DNA of 64,000 nucleotides from an uncultured virus (IMG/VR IMGVR_UViG_3300046315_000155). Taxonomy: Duplodnaviria > Heunggongvirae > Uroviricota > Caudoviricetes. The DNA lies in the IMG/VR virus record IMGVR_UViG_3300046315_000155; one strand, 5' to 3'. Below the pieces are notes generated by a model, which did no database searches, was not told the DNA's origin, and saw only the letters and a list, made by a program, of their open reading frames with translations. A program made the position numbers and the translations under genes. Positions 50,533 to 61,312 of this stretch are shown here, one piece after another. How positions within the stretch are numbered: the first letter of the stretch is position 1; each line of letters starts with the position of its first letter.

Positions 50533-50943
50533 ATGATTAATAAATTAGAACAATTAAAAGAGAATTTCGCCAAATATAATCAATATCACCGAAGATTGGT
50601 GTCTCTTGATGGGTGTTCTCTATGTGCTGAAGGGGTATTAGCAATTACTGTGGGGGGAACAATTGCTAATGTTCCTATGCACAATAATATAAAAATGATA
50701 CTATTGGATGGAGGATACTATTATAGTACTATACCTGGCAGTGTGTATCAACAATTAAATTTACCCAACCCCATTCCTAAAACTTTATTATTAACTCATC
50801 AAAAACAATTAAAATTAACAAAATTTCAAATTGTTAGCATTAATAAAGAATTTGATTCATTTTTTTGGCATGATATTAATGATTATATTAACTTAACCTT
50901 CTCCCAATTTTCTTTGCTGCTAGATTTATTGAATGAACAATAA
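50533..50943 (+). CDS. hypothetical protein, tandem paralog 3 of 4
   Basis: same family motif; start ATG 50533 (MINKLEQLKENF). Confidence 0.7.
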   Translation: MINKLEQLKENFAKYNQYHRRLVSLDGCSLCAEGVLAITVGGTIANVPMHNNIKMILLDGGYYYSTIPGSVYQQLNLPNPIPKTLLLTHQKQLKLTKFQIVSINKEFDSFFWHDINDYINLTFSQFSLLLDLLNEQ

Positions 50944-51012
50944 ATATGCTCCCCCTACTAGTTCTAGAGTGTCCCTCAAGTCACATAAACTAATTTTTTT
51001 GAGTAAATTATC

Positions 51013-51437
51013 ATGATTAACAAATTACAAGAACTGAAAGACAACTTCGCAAAATATAAACAAGGGTTTTGTAGTTTGGTTGATAAAAATGATCAAACTT
51101 GCCTATGTGCAGAGGGAATACTAGGAATTACTACTGGGTATTCTATTAAGAAGAATGAGGACAATGGAATGAATTCTTTGTATTTTAAATGGAGATATTA
51201 TTATAATAATATCTCTGATAAGGCATATACAGAATTAAACTTGCCAGAATTTATATCTGGTGAGTTTTTATTAAAATATCAAACAGAATTAGAATTGACT
51301 AAAAAACAAGTGAAGTGAAGTGGATTAGTGACCCCAAAAAAAGACATAGTTGGTTTATTTTAAATGATATGTTGAAATTATCATTCCATCAATTTTGTCT
51401 ATTGTTAGATATCTTAAACACATCATACATACACTGA
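51013..51437 (+). pseudogene. tandem paralog 4 of 4, frameshifted by a 5-nt duplication
   Basis: gtgaagtgaagtgg at about 51310; removing one tgaag restores ...WFILNDMLKLSFHQFCLLLDIL... Confidence 0.7.
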
Positions 51438-51609
51438 GGGGGGGTCTAGAATGCCCTGTAAGGCACGATAATTTAAATAATCACTACTAGTACCAAATCA
51501 TAAAAATAATGACCTTCTAATTGATTTTAGAAGGTCATTTATTAAATTTAATAATTACACGCATGATAACTATAAATATGAATATGAATAAAAGTATCAA
51601 ATTTATTAA

Positions 51610-54600
51610 ATGAAAGTAACTAGTAGTCTCACCGTCTCATCACTATTACCAGATCACATTGTAGAGAGTTACCCTAAATTTGTACAATTCATTGAGGAAT
51701 ACTACAAGTCTCAAGAACAGCCGTTGGGCAATTTGGATCTGATGAACAATCTGATTGAGTACTACAATATTCAAAACTATAAAATACAAGATCTTACAGA
51801 TAAACAAAACCTGATCTTAGACCAGTTTAGATACAAATATCTAGGAAATCTACCACAAAAATTGAATCCTAAAATCAATTACTCGACATTAATACCCCAC
51901 ATCAAAGATTTCAACACCAGCAAAGGTACTGAGGAATCGATCAAAACGTTATTCAAATTGTTGTTCGATGACACTACCACCAAAATTAAAGTACTGCTGA
52001 GAGGTTCTGGTGCGGTAGTATTGTTAGAAGTGTTGAATGGCAGCGTAGCTACTGCTACTATAATTAATGGCGGTTCTGGCTATAACAACAATTTCAAACC
52101 AACAATTGATGTGATTGGTGCTGGTACTGATGCGGTTTTGCAAATAGATAATATAGTCGCTGGAGTGATTACTGCGGTGTCCATAGTAAATCCTGGTACT
52201 CTATACAACAACAATAATAATGTAGTAATTCTTGAACGTGATTTTGATATCAATTCTATTGTTACTGGCAGTATTAGTGGCGCGAAGGGTAAAATTACAT
52301 ATTGGAACCCCGATATAAATGAATTATATTTGAACGAAACTGATAAAAGTTTTAGAATTGGTGAGTCTATAACTAGTACCAATTGTACAGCAGTAATAAA
52401 CAATATAGATATTACTACCGAAGAACCTTCTGTAATATTACCGTACGAGTATACGATTAAAACAAATTCTGACAACAGTGTATATTCTGAAATATTATTA
52501 GAATTAAATGATACCACTACCAATTTTGAGCAGATCAGATCAGAGAAGAATATTGTATTAACACAGAATAAAATAAGTATTTATACCTCGGATTTAAGTG
52601 TAGTTTATCGGGATAATGAAAGAGTAATAGTCAAGATTATCACTGATAAAAATAACTCACTATATGTGCCACCAACTACCAAATTAATTCCAATAGTAGG
52701 AACTGATATTATTGTTGATTCTACTATTGGATTTCCTACTGCTGGTACAGTCAGTCTAAATGGTGAGTATATAAATTATACATCTAAGACTATCAATAAA
52801 CTGATTGGTATTACGAGAAATGTATTGATTCCTGGTACGCAAAATTATAGTATGGTTGGCGAAGATGTGGTAAAATTGTATAGAATTTATAGCGATAATC
52901 AATATCGTACAGCTACCGTTGAATTGAGTTCCGGCAACAAAAAATGTCAGTTTTCAGTAATTAGTAGTGGGTCGGGTGCCGTGATTTTAGATGGTGCCAG
53001 TGGGTATAAAAATGATAGTATCTTTGATAGTATATCTCCAATCACTAAAGATGCTACCGAATACAATGTGTGGAGTAATATTTATGGTATATATGATACT
53101 GATGATTATATGTATATTACTGCTGATGGTAAGCCAGTAAGTACTACGAATACTAGATCATTTTCGGAACAAACTATCCTGAAAAGATTTATCAAAAATA
53201 ATATAGTCGAACCAAGTCCAACCAATAAAGGTATTGGCTTAACCACCAATGGGGTAGAAATTTGTAGTTATAAAGGGGCAACTATTGACTATGGTAACTT
53301 GACTAATATCGATATTATTAGTAATGGGGATGATTATTTTTTACCGAATAGAATTAATGAATCTATTCCAGAGTTGTATGTTAATACTCAGAATTACAGC
53401 AATATTATAAAAATATATGGAAGTTTGAAGAGAATAACATTGGATGGTATCAGCCAAGATTTATTGAGTGGATATAATAAAAAGCCAGAAGTAATTGTCA
53501 CCAGAAATATTAATGATGTTACTGGGATAGATATGGAGTTGGAAGTTGATTATGATGTGAGTGGAGTAATTAATGGAATAATAATAAAAAATCCTGGTAA
53601 ATGGTATACAGAGATCCCAGAAATAAAAATAGTTAATGGTGGGAAATATCTAACTCCATTAACTATTCCCACTACAAACGTGTATATATCTGGTTTTGTA
53701 GGTAAATATTATTTTCTACCTACAGAACTATCAGATGTTGACTTTGATCCTATCAACTACAAATCATTAGCCATCCCAAACACCGATGTATATTCTGCCA
53801 CTCCAGAAGTATATTTAAAATCTGGTAGTGGAGTGGTATTTAGTATAGTGGTAGAATTGGGAGTAATTGTGTCCGTATCGGTAGAAAATAGTGGTATAAA
53901 CTACTTCACTAGTCCAGAATTAAAGGTAATCAATACTACTGGTAGTGGTGCTAAATTTTCTGTCAATGTTGAATTCGGTAGAGTAGTGTCTGTAGAAGTA
54001 ATAAATGGTGGTTCTAGCTACTTCAATAATCCAACATTGGTAGTCAATTATTTTCCAAACTCTGCGGTATTTGCTGCGACTATAAATAGCTGGACGTACA
54101 ATATTGCAAATAATGCCCCTATAGATAGTACTGGTGGATATGTATATAATCAAGGAGATAGTGGGGTCGGCGAATCTAATCTACCTGATACTAATTTTTC
54201 GCCACAATATTTACAATTAGTACACATTGAACCAGTAAGAACAGTACATTCTCCCATAATTGGTTGGGCATTTGATGGTGTGCCTATATATGGAGCATAT
54301 GTAGATGCGCCAAGAGGGGGGGTTGATAAACTATACTCTAGTTGGACACTCAAGATTACTACTTCTACTAATAGACCAACCGCACCATTAGGAACATTTA
54401 TTGAAGATTATGAGTATATTGGTGGTGTTTTGGATGAGTATAATGGGGTGTTTGCGTATACCCCAGAATTTCCAGAAGGTAGATATTGCTATTTTGCAAC
54501 CGACGCATTTCCTTATTTTGTCGGTAATCAATACAAATACAAATTTGATTCCTATAATCATCTGAAATTGCAAAATAATTGCAATATTCCTAGTGGTTCA

Positions 54601-56916
54601 ATCAGAATATACAATGATGAAGTTAAATTCCCTTCACCAAATAATAAAATTTATCCATATTTGGCAAAGGTGGATAATATTAGCTATGGGGCAATAGATG
54701 ATTACCTAATAGAGATTCCTGGTATTAATTATGCAGTAGGAGATATTATAAAATTTGAAGATGTTAATATAAAAATAATCGTTTCAGCAGTATCTAATAC
54801 TGGTGGGATTATTGGAGTAAACATAATTGATAACGGCATTAATTTAGAATCCATCCCACCACATACTATATTATCACAATATGGAGTTGGTGCAGTTATT
54901 ATATTTCGTAGTGATACTATTGGAACTATTAAAAATATTAAAAATATTACCAATGGAGATGGGTTTGGTGGCGACCCTACTATAAATTATTCAGTGGATA
55001 GTGATGTGATTTTAGATATTAAATTTAATAATACCATCACCGATTTTATAATTATCACTAATGGTATTGGCTATACTGAAAATTCTGTAGTATTAAATAA
55101 TCAGTTTTCTGCTAGTTTAGTGGTTGCTAATAGTGTTATTAGTAGAATTGACATTATTGAAAGTGATAATTATTTTGAAAGTATTCCTATTGTTTCTATA
55201 TCAATTGGTATTGGTGCAACTATCATTCCAATATTAAGCAAATCTGATATCAATACCAGTATTGTTTATTATGGATTAACTAGAAATAATTATGTGGCAA
55301 AGGGTAAAATTAATTTATATAATAAAATTGCTTCGACTTTGCAAGTGAAATCATTATTTGGAAAATTTGTAGTGAATAATGATTATTTTTTGTGGGATGA
55401 ATCTGGACGAAAAATTGGTAAAATTCATAATGTCCGTACAGCAGAACTAATTTGTACTCCAACCAGCAACAAAACTATTCAAGATTTTACTGATAATTTG
55501 GATAGTATTATTACTTCTAATAATGTGATCGCAGACAACCTTACTCATCAACAATATTCTTATTCAATAAAATCCCCACATTCACTAATAGAATGGAAAA
55601 ATTTTGTGGTGGATAATGTACATATGCTCGGTAATAAGATATACAGCATATACAGCATAGATAATATAGTGAAGATGTACCTACATAGAGAGACACAGAT
55701 CAACAATGTTATTGACTATAAGATCAATATCGAGAATATTTTAAGTATATTAGCCGAAAAAAACGAAACTGATTTCGTTATTAATATCGATTCATTACCA
55801 GAAGATCTATACAAAAATACTAAATTCAAAAAACAATATTTCGACTACATTTGGAATGATAATGATTATGTTCACAGCAACTACTCGTCCTTTATCAATT
55901 ATGATTACGGAGATCTAGTATGGCTGACAGAAAATCATAACAGATTGATATTAGAAAAAATTAATTCTAATACCGTATTGGCAACTGACTATAGTATTAT
56001 TAAATTTAATAATTTGGTTAGTAGGATTGCCAGTAATTCAATTTTGTACATCAATGGAGTTACACAACATCCATCTTATGATTATTCGGTGGCTAACAAT
56101 AACGTAACTATTCATCAAACAATAAATGATTTGAGTGACCGGGTCTCTATACTCAACCTACCGAGTTCATTTTTAACTTATACGGACAAAAAAGTATTAA
56201 CGAACTCCAATACTACCACACTCACCACAAATACTAACCTTTTTGTCCCTGTAGATGTTTCAAAATTGATTATGTTTGTAAATAATGTACCAAATAATGA
56301 ATTTAGTATTGTTGGTAATAATGTTGTCTTTACACAAAATATTACTGGTACGGCATATGGGGTCTATAGTGATAATTTTACTGCATTAAATTTAGTCAGC
56401 CTTACCAATAAAATCTATACCATTACCAATAACCCCACTAATAGAAACATAATACTATTTGTAAATGGAGTTATCCAACCATCTGCAAATTATACTACTA
56501 CTAGTACAACACTTACTGTTAATTCTACTGATTTTATTACTCATTTGAGTGCTTGGATCGTTGATGATACTATTGGAGTAGATGATGTATATTCTATTGT
56601 ATATAATAGTAATAATGATAAAGACGTGATCCCCGCTGAATTCAAATTTAATATTGTTGGGGGCGAATTGACTGGCGTTGATATTGTGTATGCTGGATTG
56701 CATTATCCCCGCTACATGATGTTAGCGGTAGAGGGGGTTGCTGACCCTGCTAAGATCTTATTAGAATGTTTGAACGGTAGTATTGTTAGAGCAAAAATTA
56801 TTGATGCTGGTAGTGGGTTAACTAATACCAACTATACTACAAAATTGTACTATTATGGGCAAATTGAATCTGAACATTATTGTATGATCGAGTCTGATGT
56901 TTCTATTATTGTTTAA
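51610..56916 (+). CDS. baseplate wedge initiator-like large structural protein (gp7-like) with a YHYH-type segment
   Basis: LP....E.YPKFV.F..EYY.SQE, SKGT.ES.K.LFKLLF, repeated I.N.G.GY motifs, HSPIIGWAFDG.PIYG...FIEDYEY...LDEYNG...TPEFP.G. Confidence 0.78.
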   Translation: MKVTSSLTVSSLLPDHIVESYPKFVQFIEEYYKSQEQPLGNLDLMNNLIEYYNIQNYKIQDLTDKQNLILDQFRYKYLGNLPQKLNPKINYSTLIPHIKDFNTSKGTEESIKTLFKLLFDDTTTKIKVLLRGSGAVVLLEVLNGSVATATIINGGSGYNNNFKPTIDVIGAGTDAVLQIDNIVAGVITAVSIVNPGTLYNNNNNVVILERDFDINSIVTGSISGAKGKITYWNPDINELYLNETDKSFRIGESITSTNCTAVINNIDITTEEPSVILPYEYTIKTNSDNSVYSEILLELNDTTTNFEQIRSEKNIVLTQNKISIYTSDLSVVYRDNERVIVKIITDKNNSLYVPPTTKLIPIVGTDIIVDSTIGFPTAGTVSLNGEYINYTSKTINKLIGITRNVLIPGTQNYSMVGEDVVKLYRIYSDNQYRTATVELSSGNKKCQFSVISSGSGAVILDGASGYKNDSIFDSISPITKDATEYNVWSNIYGIYDTDDYMYITADGKPVSTTNTRSFSEQTILKRFIKNNIVEPSPTNKGIGLTTNGVEICSYKGATIDYGNLTNIDIISNGDDYFLPNRINESIPELYVNTQNYSNIIKIYGSLKRITLDGISQDLLSGYNKKPEVIVTRNINDVTGIDMELEVDYDVSGVINGIIIKNPGKWYTEIPEIKIVNGGKYLTPLTIPTTNVYISGFVGKYYFLPTELSDVDFDPINYKSLAIPNTDVYSATPEVYLKSGSGVVFSIVVELGVIVSVSVENSGINYFTSPELKVINTTGSGAKFSVNVEFGRVVSVEVINGGSSYFNNPTLVVNYFPNSAVFAATINSWTYNIANNAPIDSTGGYVYNQGDSGVGESNLPDTNFSPQYLQLVHIEPVRTVHSPIIGWAFDGVPIYGAYVDAPRGGVDKLYSSWTLKITTSTNRPTAPLGTFIEDYEYIGGVLDEYNGVFAYTPEFPEGRYCYFATDAFPYFVGNQYKYKFDSYNHLKLQNNCNIPSGSIRIYNDEVKFPSPNNKIYPYLAKVDNISYGAIDDYLIEIPGINYAVGDIIKFEDVNIKIIVSAVSNTGGIIGVNIIDNGINLESIPPHTILSQYGVGAVIIFRSDTIGTIKNIKNITNGDGFGGDPTINYSVDSDVILDIKFNNTITDFIIITNGIGYTENSVVLNNQFSASLVVANSVISRIDIIESDNYFESIPIVSISIGIGATIIPILSKSDINTSIVYYGLTRNNYVAKGKINLYNKIASTLQVKSLFGKFVVNNDYFLWDESGRKIGKIHNVRTAELICTPTSNKTIQDFTDNLDSIITSNNVIADNLTHQQYSYSIKSPHSLIEWKNFVVDNVHMLGNKIYSIYSIDNIVKMYLHRETQINNVIDYKINIENILSILAEKNETDFVINIDSLPEDLYKNTKFKKQYFDYIWNDNDYVHSNYSSFINYDYGDLVWLTENHNRLILEKINSNTVLATDYSIIKFNNLVSRIASNSILYINGVTQHPSYDYSVANNNVTIHQTINDLSDRVSILNLPSSFLTYTDKKVLTNSNTTTLTTNTNLFVPVDVSKLIMFVNNVPNNEFSIVGNNVVFTQNITGTAYGVYSDNFTALNLVSLTNKIYTITNNPTNRNIILFVNGVIQPSANYTTTSTTLTVNSTDFITHLSAWIVDDTIGVDDVYSIVYNSNNDKDVIPAEFKFNIVGGELTGVDIVYAGLHYPRYMMLAVEGVADPAKILLECLNGSIVRAKIIDAGSGLTNTNYTTKLYYYGQIESEHYCMIESDVSIIV

Positions 56917-57114
56917 TATGCCCTGGGAGGGGTCTAAAATGCCATGTAGCAGGTCTTAATTGAAATAATGACCACTAGCATCAAATCATAAAAATAATGA
57001 CCTCCTAATTGATTTTTAGAAGGTCATTATTAAATTTAATAATTTAGAATTTGGTGGTGGTATTTTGCGCCAATATATGTTAGTATGATAATGCTGTCTT
57101 TATCATTAATTTTT

Positions 57115-57922
57115 ATGACCAACAGAACCCCTAAAAAATATAACTATTTGTATGAAACTATCCTAGTGGGTAGTGATAAGAAATATTACGGTATGCACTC
57201 ATCAGACAAACATCCAGATAATGATCCTTATTTGGGATCTGGTAAATGGGTGAAGTCTATTAAAGATAAGAATCTATTGCGACGAACAATACTTTCTTAC
57301 TATGACACCATAGAAGAATTGATGATAGCAGAGACGGAATTGATCGCCGAACATTTGCACAAACCATATTGTATGAATTTTTCGCCAATTTCTGGTGGTG
57401 GTAACGGGTTATCTGGTGAAAATCATCCTAATTTTGCAAAAGATTTTTCCACATCAACAAGGAAAAAAATGTCTGATTCTCATATCGGTAACACTCCATC
57501 AGAAAAAACTAAACAAAAACTATCAAATTGCAAAGTTGGTAGTAATAATCCCATGTATGGAAAATTTGGGGAAGAACATCCTTTGTATGGATATAAACAC
57601 ACGCAGCAAACTAAGAAAAATATGTCTGCTTCTCAAAAGGGAAAAACTTTATCAGAAGAAGCGAAGAAACATTTATCAGTTGTTATGGCTGGGCGAATTT
57701 TTACCGACGAACATAAAAAAAACTTGTCAGTTTCTTTGTGTGGCGAAAAGGCACCACATGCAAAGTTAAATGAACAACAAGTGCGAGAAATAAAAGTATT
57801 ACTAAGAGATGGGTTTACTGGAGTATATATATATATATATATCAAAAAAATATAATGTTCATAAGGCTACTATTAATGATATAAAGTTAGCAAAAACCTG
57901 GAAGCATGTTATAATATTATAA
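57115..57922 (+). CDS. GIY-YIG endonuclease with NUMOD3 repeats; C-terminal HTH frameshifted at a (TA)n tract
   Basis: YLYET...YYGMHS...YLGSG; ORF stops at 57855, while the HTH tail ...AKTWKHVIII continues in another frame to 57922. Confidence 0.8.
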
Positions 57923-57950
57923 ATATTAAGTGATAAATAAATAAATTTAT

Positions 57951-58268
57951 ATGAGTCAAGTAGCAAATTCATCCTGTTTTGTGTCACTGTCCGCAATACC
58001 CCCCTGCTGCATTTACCCCCAAACACCATTAGTCAGACAAAATAACAACTTCGTAAATGGTTATCCCGTTCTAACTGCGGGATTTTATGGGATTAGAAGT
58101 AATATTAATCTGACCTGTGCATCCCCGTGTTTGCCCGATCAACTATTTGCTGCTGGCACCGCTACAAATTCGTACTCTGGAGGATTGCCAAAATTAAAAA
58201 TTGGTGATAATATAGGTATATACGGAGGGGTAATCATCGGATCGCCTAGCAACACATTTATTAGTTAA
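57951..58268 (+). CDS. PAAR-like spike tip protein (gp5.4-like)
   Basis: small Cys/Pro/Gly-rich ORF with FVNG.PV...G, KIGD, GSPSNTF; late promoter upstream. Confidence 0.6.
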   Translation: MSQVANSSCFVSLSAIPPCCIYPQTPLVRQNNNFVNGYPVLTAGFYGIRSNINLTCASPCLPDQLFAAGTATNSYSGGLPKLKIGDNIGIYGGVIIGSPSNTFIS

Positions 58269-58269
58269 T

Positions 58270-58542
58270 ATGAGCATAATTTCGTCTGGCTGGTTGTCAA
58301 ATTGTAAATGCAAAGATCTTGGTTTGCGTTTATACCATAGTGAAGGTAGCAAATTTCTCAAATCTTTTAATGTTCTAGATTTTTGTGATTGCAAACACGG
58401 ACAAAACTTGAGACAATATTTTCCTCGATTTGAACGAATATACAATCCACACATATTTTGGTCAGAACAATTGAAAAAAATGATGATTGTCGTAAATGGT
58501 AAGTCAATAGAACTTCGCAAATTACTTTACAAATATCAATAA
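58270..58542 (+). CDS. hypothetical Cys-containing protein
   Basis: 90-aa ORF directly after the PAAR-like gene. Confidence 0.5.
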   Translation: MSIISSGWLSNCKCKDLGLRLYHSEGSKFLKSFNVLDFCDCKHGQNLRQYFPRFERIYNPHIFWSEQLKKMMIVVNGKSIELRKLLYKYQ

Positions 58543-58778
58543 ATAATGTTATAATAGATATATTCCACTCTCTCACCAAAATTTTATGACCAACACTGAA
58601 CGAAATGCACAATTAATGAAAGCGACAACTGGCGCAACTCGGTTAGTGACTGATTATTATGTTCTTCCACCAGTTAAAGTAATTCGCAAATCGAAGCCTA
58701 ATACACTTGGATAATTCTTTGTTGGATAACACCACTCAAAATATTAAGAAAGAGAGCAATAATTGCTCTCTTTTTTTG

Positions 58779-58808
58779 TTGACATTCTATAGTGATTGAT
58801 GCTATAAT
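58779..58808 (+). promoter_or_regulatory. sigma70-type promoter
   Basis: TTGACA-18 nt-TATAAT with TG extension. Confidence 0.65.
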
Positions 58809-58835
58809 TATATGAAAGATAGAAATTAATCAAAA

Positions 58836-59336
58836 ATGACTAAACCTAGAATTTCCAACCCAAGTAATCATTGGACGACACCAAAATATTTCTACGATCA
58901 ATTAGTTGATGTACATGGTGAAATGTTTGATGTTTGCCCCATAAATGAAGTAATCACGCCAGAAAATGATGCACTAATCGTCCCTTGGAAAAAAGTTAAT
59001 TTTGTCAATCCTCCATACAGCAAAATAGAAAAAGAAGCATTTGTTATGAAGGGGTTAGCAGAATGGCAAATTAATGGTAATAAATCTGTATTTCTACTTC
59101 CTGTCAGCACGTCTACCAGACTTTATCACCATGTAATTAAACCTCATGCTAGTCAAATTCTATTCATAGAAGGCAGACTAAAATTTGAAGGTATTGGTAA
59201 GATTAAAGTTAATGGTGTACTACAACCCGCCCATATCAATCCTGGCACTGGTATAAATTCTATCCCCAACACAGAACATCTACCAAAAGCTAAAAACTCA
59301 GGTACTTTCGACTCAATGGTGGTAGTATTTGGTTGA
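58836..59336 (+). CDS. phage DNA N6-adenine methyltransferase (Dam-like family)
   Basis: WTTP..F...L....F.D.CP, FVNPPYS catalytic motif, L.P..T.T, GRLKF. Confidence 0.85.
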   Translation: MTKPRISNPSNHWTTPKYFYDQLVDVHGEMFDVCPINEVITPENDALIVPWKKVNFVNPPYSKIEKEAFVMKGLAEWQINGNKSVFLLPVSTSTRLYHHVIKPHASQILFIEGRLKFEGIGKIKVNGVLQPAHINPGTGINSIPNTEHLPKAKNSGTFDSMVVVFG

Positions 59337-59370
59337 CATTTCTCACCATTTTTGTTATAGGGGATTAATT

Positions 59371-60075
59371 ATGATACATTTCTGCAAAATACTCAATTTC
59401 TATCAGTTCGTTCAGCCTCATCATAATATAAATAATGGATCTTGTAAGCCATTAACATATAATCAATTATTTGTAGACGATCTACTACATCTGCTCAATA
59501 CTAATACTGGTAAATTATATACTAATTCTATCGATCTTGATAAAGTAGATCTTCTTAAACTATATAATTGGTGTCCTGACAATAAAGGTAGATTTCTAAC
59601 ATATAAAAATGGACAAACTGTAAAAATTCATGAATCTGTATATGGTGCAAAGACTAATAAGAATTGGGTGATCAATCATATAAATGGCGATCCTAGTAAT
59701 AATACAAGATCTAATTTAGAATTAGTCACTAATTGGTTCAACACCGCAATAATGAAGAAGTCATCTGGACTTCCTATTGGTATACTGTATCATCATGGTG
59801 ATAGTAGCTATCAAACACAAATTGCTATGCCAAGAGTAAAGAAACAAATAAATTTTGGTTCTGAAGATCTTAACTATCTTCAAAACTTGCACTACCAATT
59901 TGCTATTAAATCAGGTTTAGTATTGCCAGAAAGATATCTATTATCAGTCCCAAACTGGCTACCAGATCATACTATCCTATTCACTCCAGAACATCAATCA
60001 AAACTAGATAAATTAATTGAAGCACATCTAGCTAATCAAGCAACTTGGGAACAACCTACTCCACTCACTCACTAA
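59371..60075 (+). CDS. HNH(-AP2-like) family copy 8
   Basis: intact family member; ATG 59371. Confidence 0.82.
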   Translation: MIHFCKILNFYQFVQPHHNINNGSCKPLTYNQLFVDDLLHLLNTNTGKLYTNSIDLDKVDLLKLYNWCPDNKGRFLTYKNGQTVKIHESVYGAKTNKNWVINHINGDPSNNTRSNLELVTNWFNTAIMKKSSGLPIGILYHHGDSSYQTQIAMPRVKKQINFGSEDLNYLQNLHYQFAIKSGLVLPERYLLSVPNWLPDHTILFTPEHQSKLDKLIEAHLANQATWEQPTPLTH

Positions 60076-60219
60076 TTATTAAATTTAATAATCATGTCAA
60101 TTCCTACATTCAAGAGTGTAATAATCTTATGGAAGGAATGACGCTAGAAGAACAACAATCTATGTGTGACAATGTTACTAAAGTATTAGTCAATTATTAT
60201 TCATCTCTTTCGCCAAAAT

Positions 60220-60564
60220 ATGACTCAACAAATCTATCAACTCATTAAACAAATCAATCTCGAAGATACGATTTACTCAATAAACATAAACAATCAAGAC
60301 AATAATTACCTAAGATCAATCAATCTCGAAGATTATATTTGCGTAGTCCCTTCTGTCCAAGAAATTGTAAATTATGTAATCACTAATATGGTTCTTGAAC
60401 TATACCATACCACTAAATCTTTCCCCAAATCTACTCAAATATCTTACAGATTAGAATGTGACGACGATAAAGAATCTCCTATTGTCTGGAATGCTGGTAT
60501 GCCGCCTCATTGCCATTTATGCTTACCTACTATCCTTTATTTGCGAATGAGACAAACTGTATGA
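60220..60564 (+). CDS. hypothetical protein
   Basis: 114-aa ORF between HNH copies 8 and 9. Confidence 0.5.
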   Translation: MTQQIYQLIKQINLEDTIYSININNQDNNYLRSINLEDYICVVPSVQEIVNYVITNMVLELYHTTKSFPKSTQISYRLECDDDKESPIVWNAGMPPHCHLCLPTILYLRMRQTV

Positions 60565-61259
60565 TTCATTATACCAACACTACTAATAAATGGGAATTCG
60601 ATCTACCTCATCATAATGTAAATAAAAGTAATTATAAATTAATTTTTAATCAATTGTTTGTAGATGAAACTTTACATGTACTCAATACTAATACTGGTAG
60701 ATTATATACTAATACTATCGATCTTGATAAAGTAGATCTATTAAAACTATATAATTGGTGTCCGGATTGTGAAGGCAGATTTAGTACAAAGAAAAATGGA
60801 AAAAATGTAAAAATTTATGAATTAATAGTTGGATTGAAGACTAATCAAAATTGGGTGATCAATCATATAGATGGCGATCCTAGTAATAATACAAGATCTA
60901 ATTTAGAATTAGTGACAAATTGGTTCAATATAGCATTAATGAAAAAGTCATCGGGACTTCCTATAGGTATAAAATATAATCGTGGTGGTACTAGCTATCA
61001 AACAATAATCCGTATGCCAAGAATACATGACAAATTTATAAATTTTGGTTCAAAAGATCAGAATTGCCTTCAAAACATTCATTATCAGTTTGCCACTAAA
61101 TCAGGGGTAGTATCTCCCGAACGATACCTCAAAGAAGTACCTAATTGGTTGCCTGATTCTACTATACAATTTACTCCAGAACATCAATCAAAACTAAACC
61201 AATTGATCGAAGCACATCTAGAGAATCAACTTACTTGGGATGCCCCGATTATGTTCTGA
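60561..61259 (+). CDS. HNH(-AP2-like) family copy 9
   Basis: intact family member; ATG 60561. Confidence 0.82.
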   Translation: MIHYTNTTNKWEFDLPHHNVNKSNYKLIFNQLFVDETLHVLNTNTGRLYTNTIDLDKVDLLKLYNWCPDCEGRFSTKKNGKNVKIYELIVGLKTNQNWVINHIDGDPSNNTRSNLELVTNWFNIALMKKSSGLPIGIKYNRGGTSYQTIIRMPRIHDKFINFGSKDQNCLQNIHYQFATKSGVVSPERYLKEVPNWLPDSTIQFTPEHQSKLNQLIEAHLENQLTWDAPIMF

Positions 61260-61312
61260 GATGCCCATAGAATGCCTTACTACACCACTTACATATTCTC
61301 ACCAAATTAACT

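Noticed and set aside
31686..56703. Numerous short antisense or alternate-frame ORFs inside structural genes
   Set aside because: They overlap well-supported genes, carry no motifs, and are expected from codon bias.
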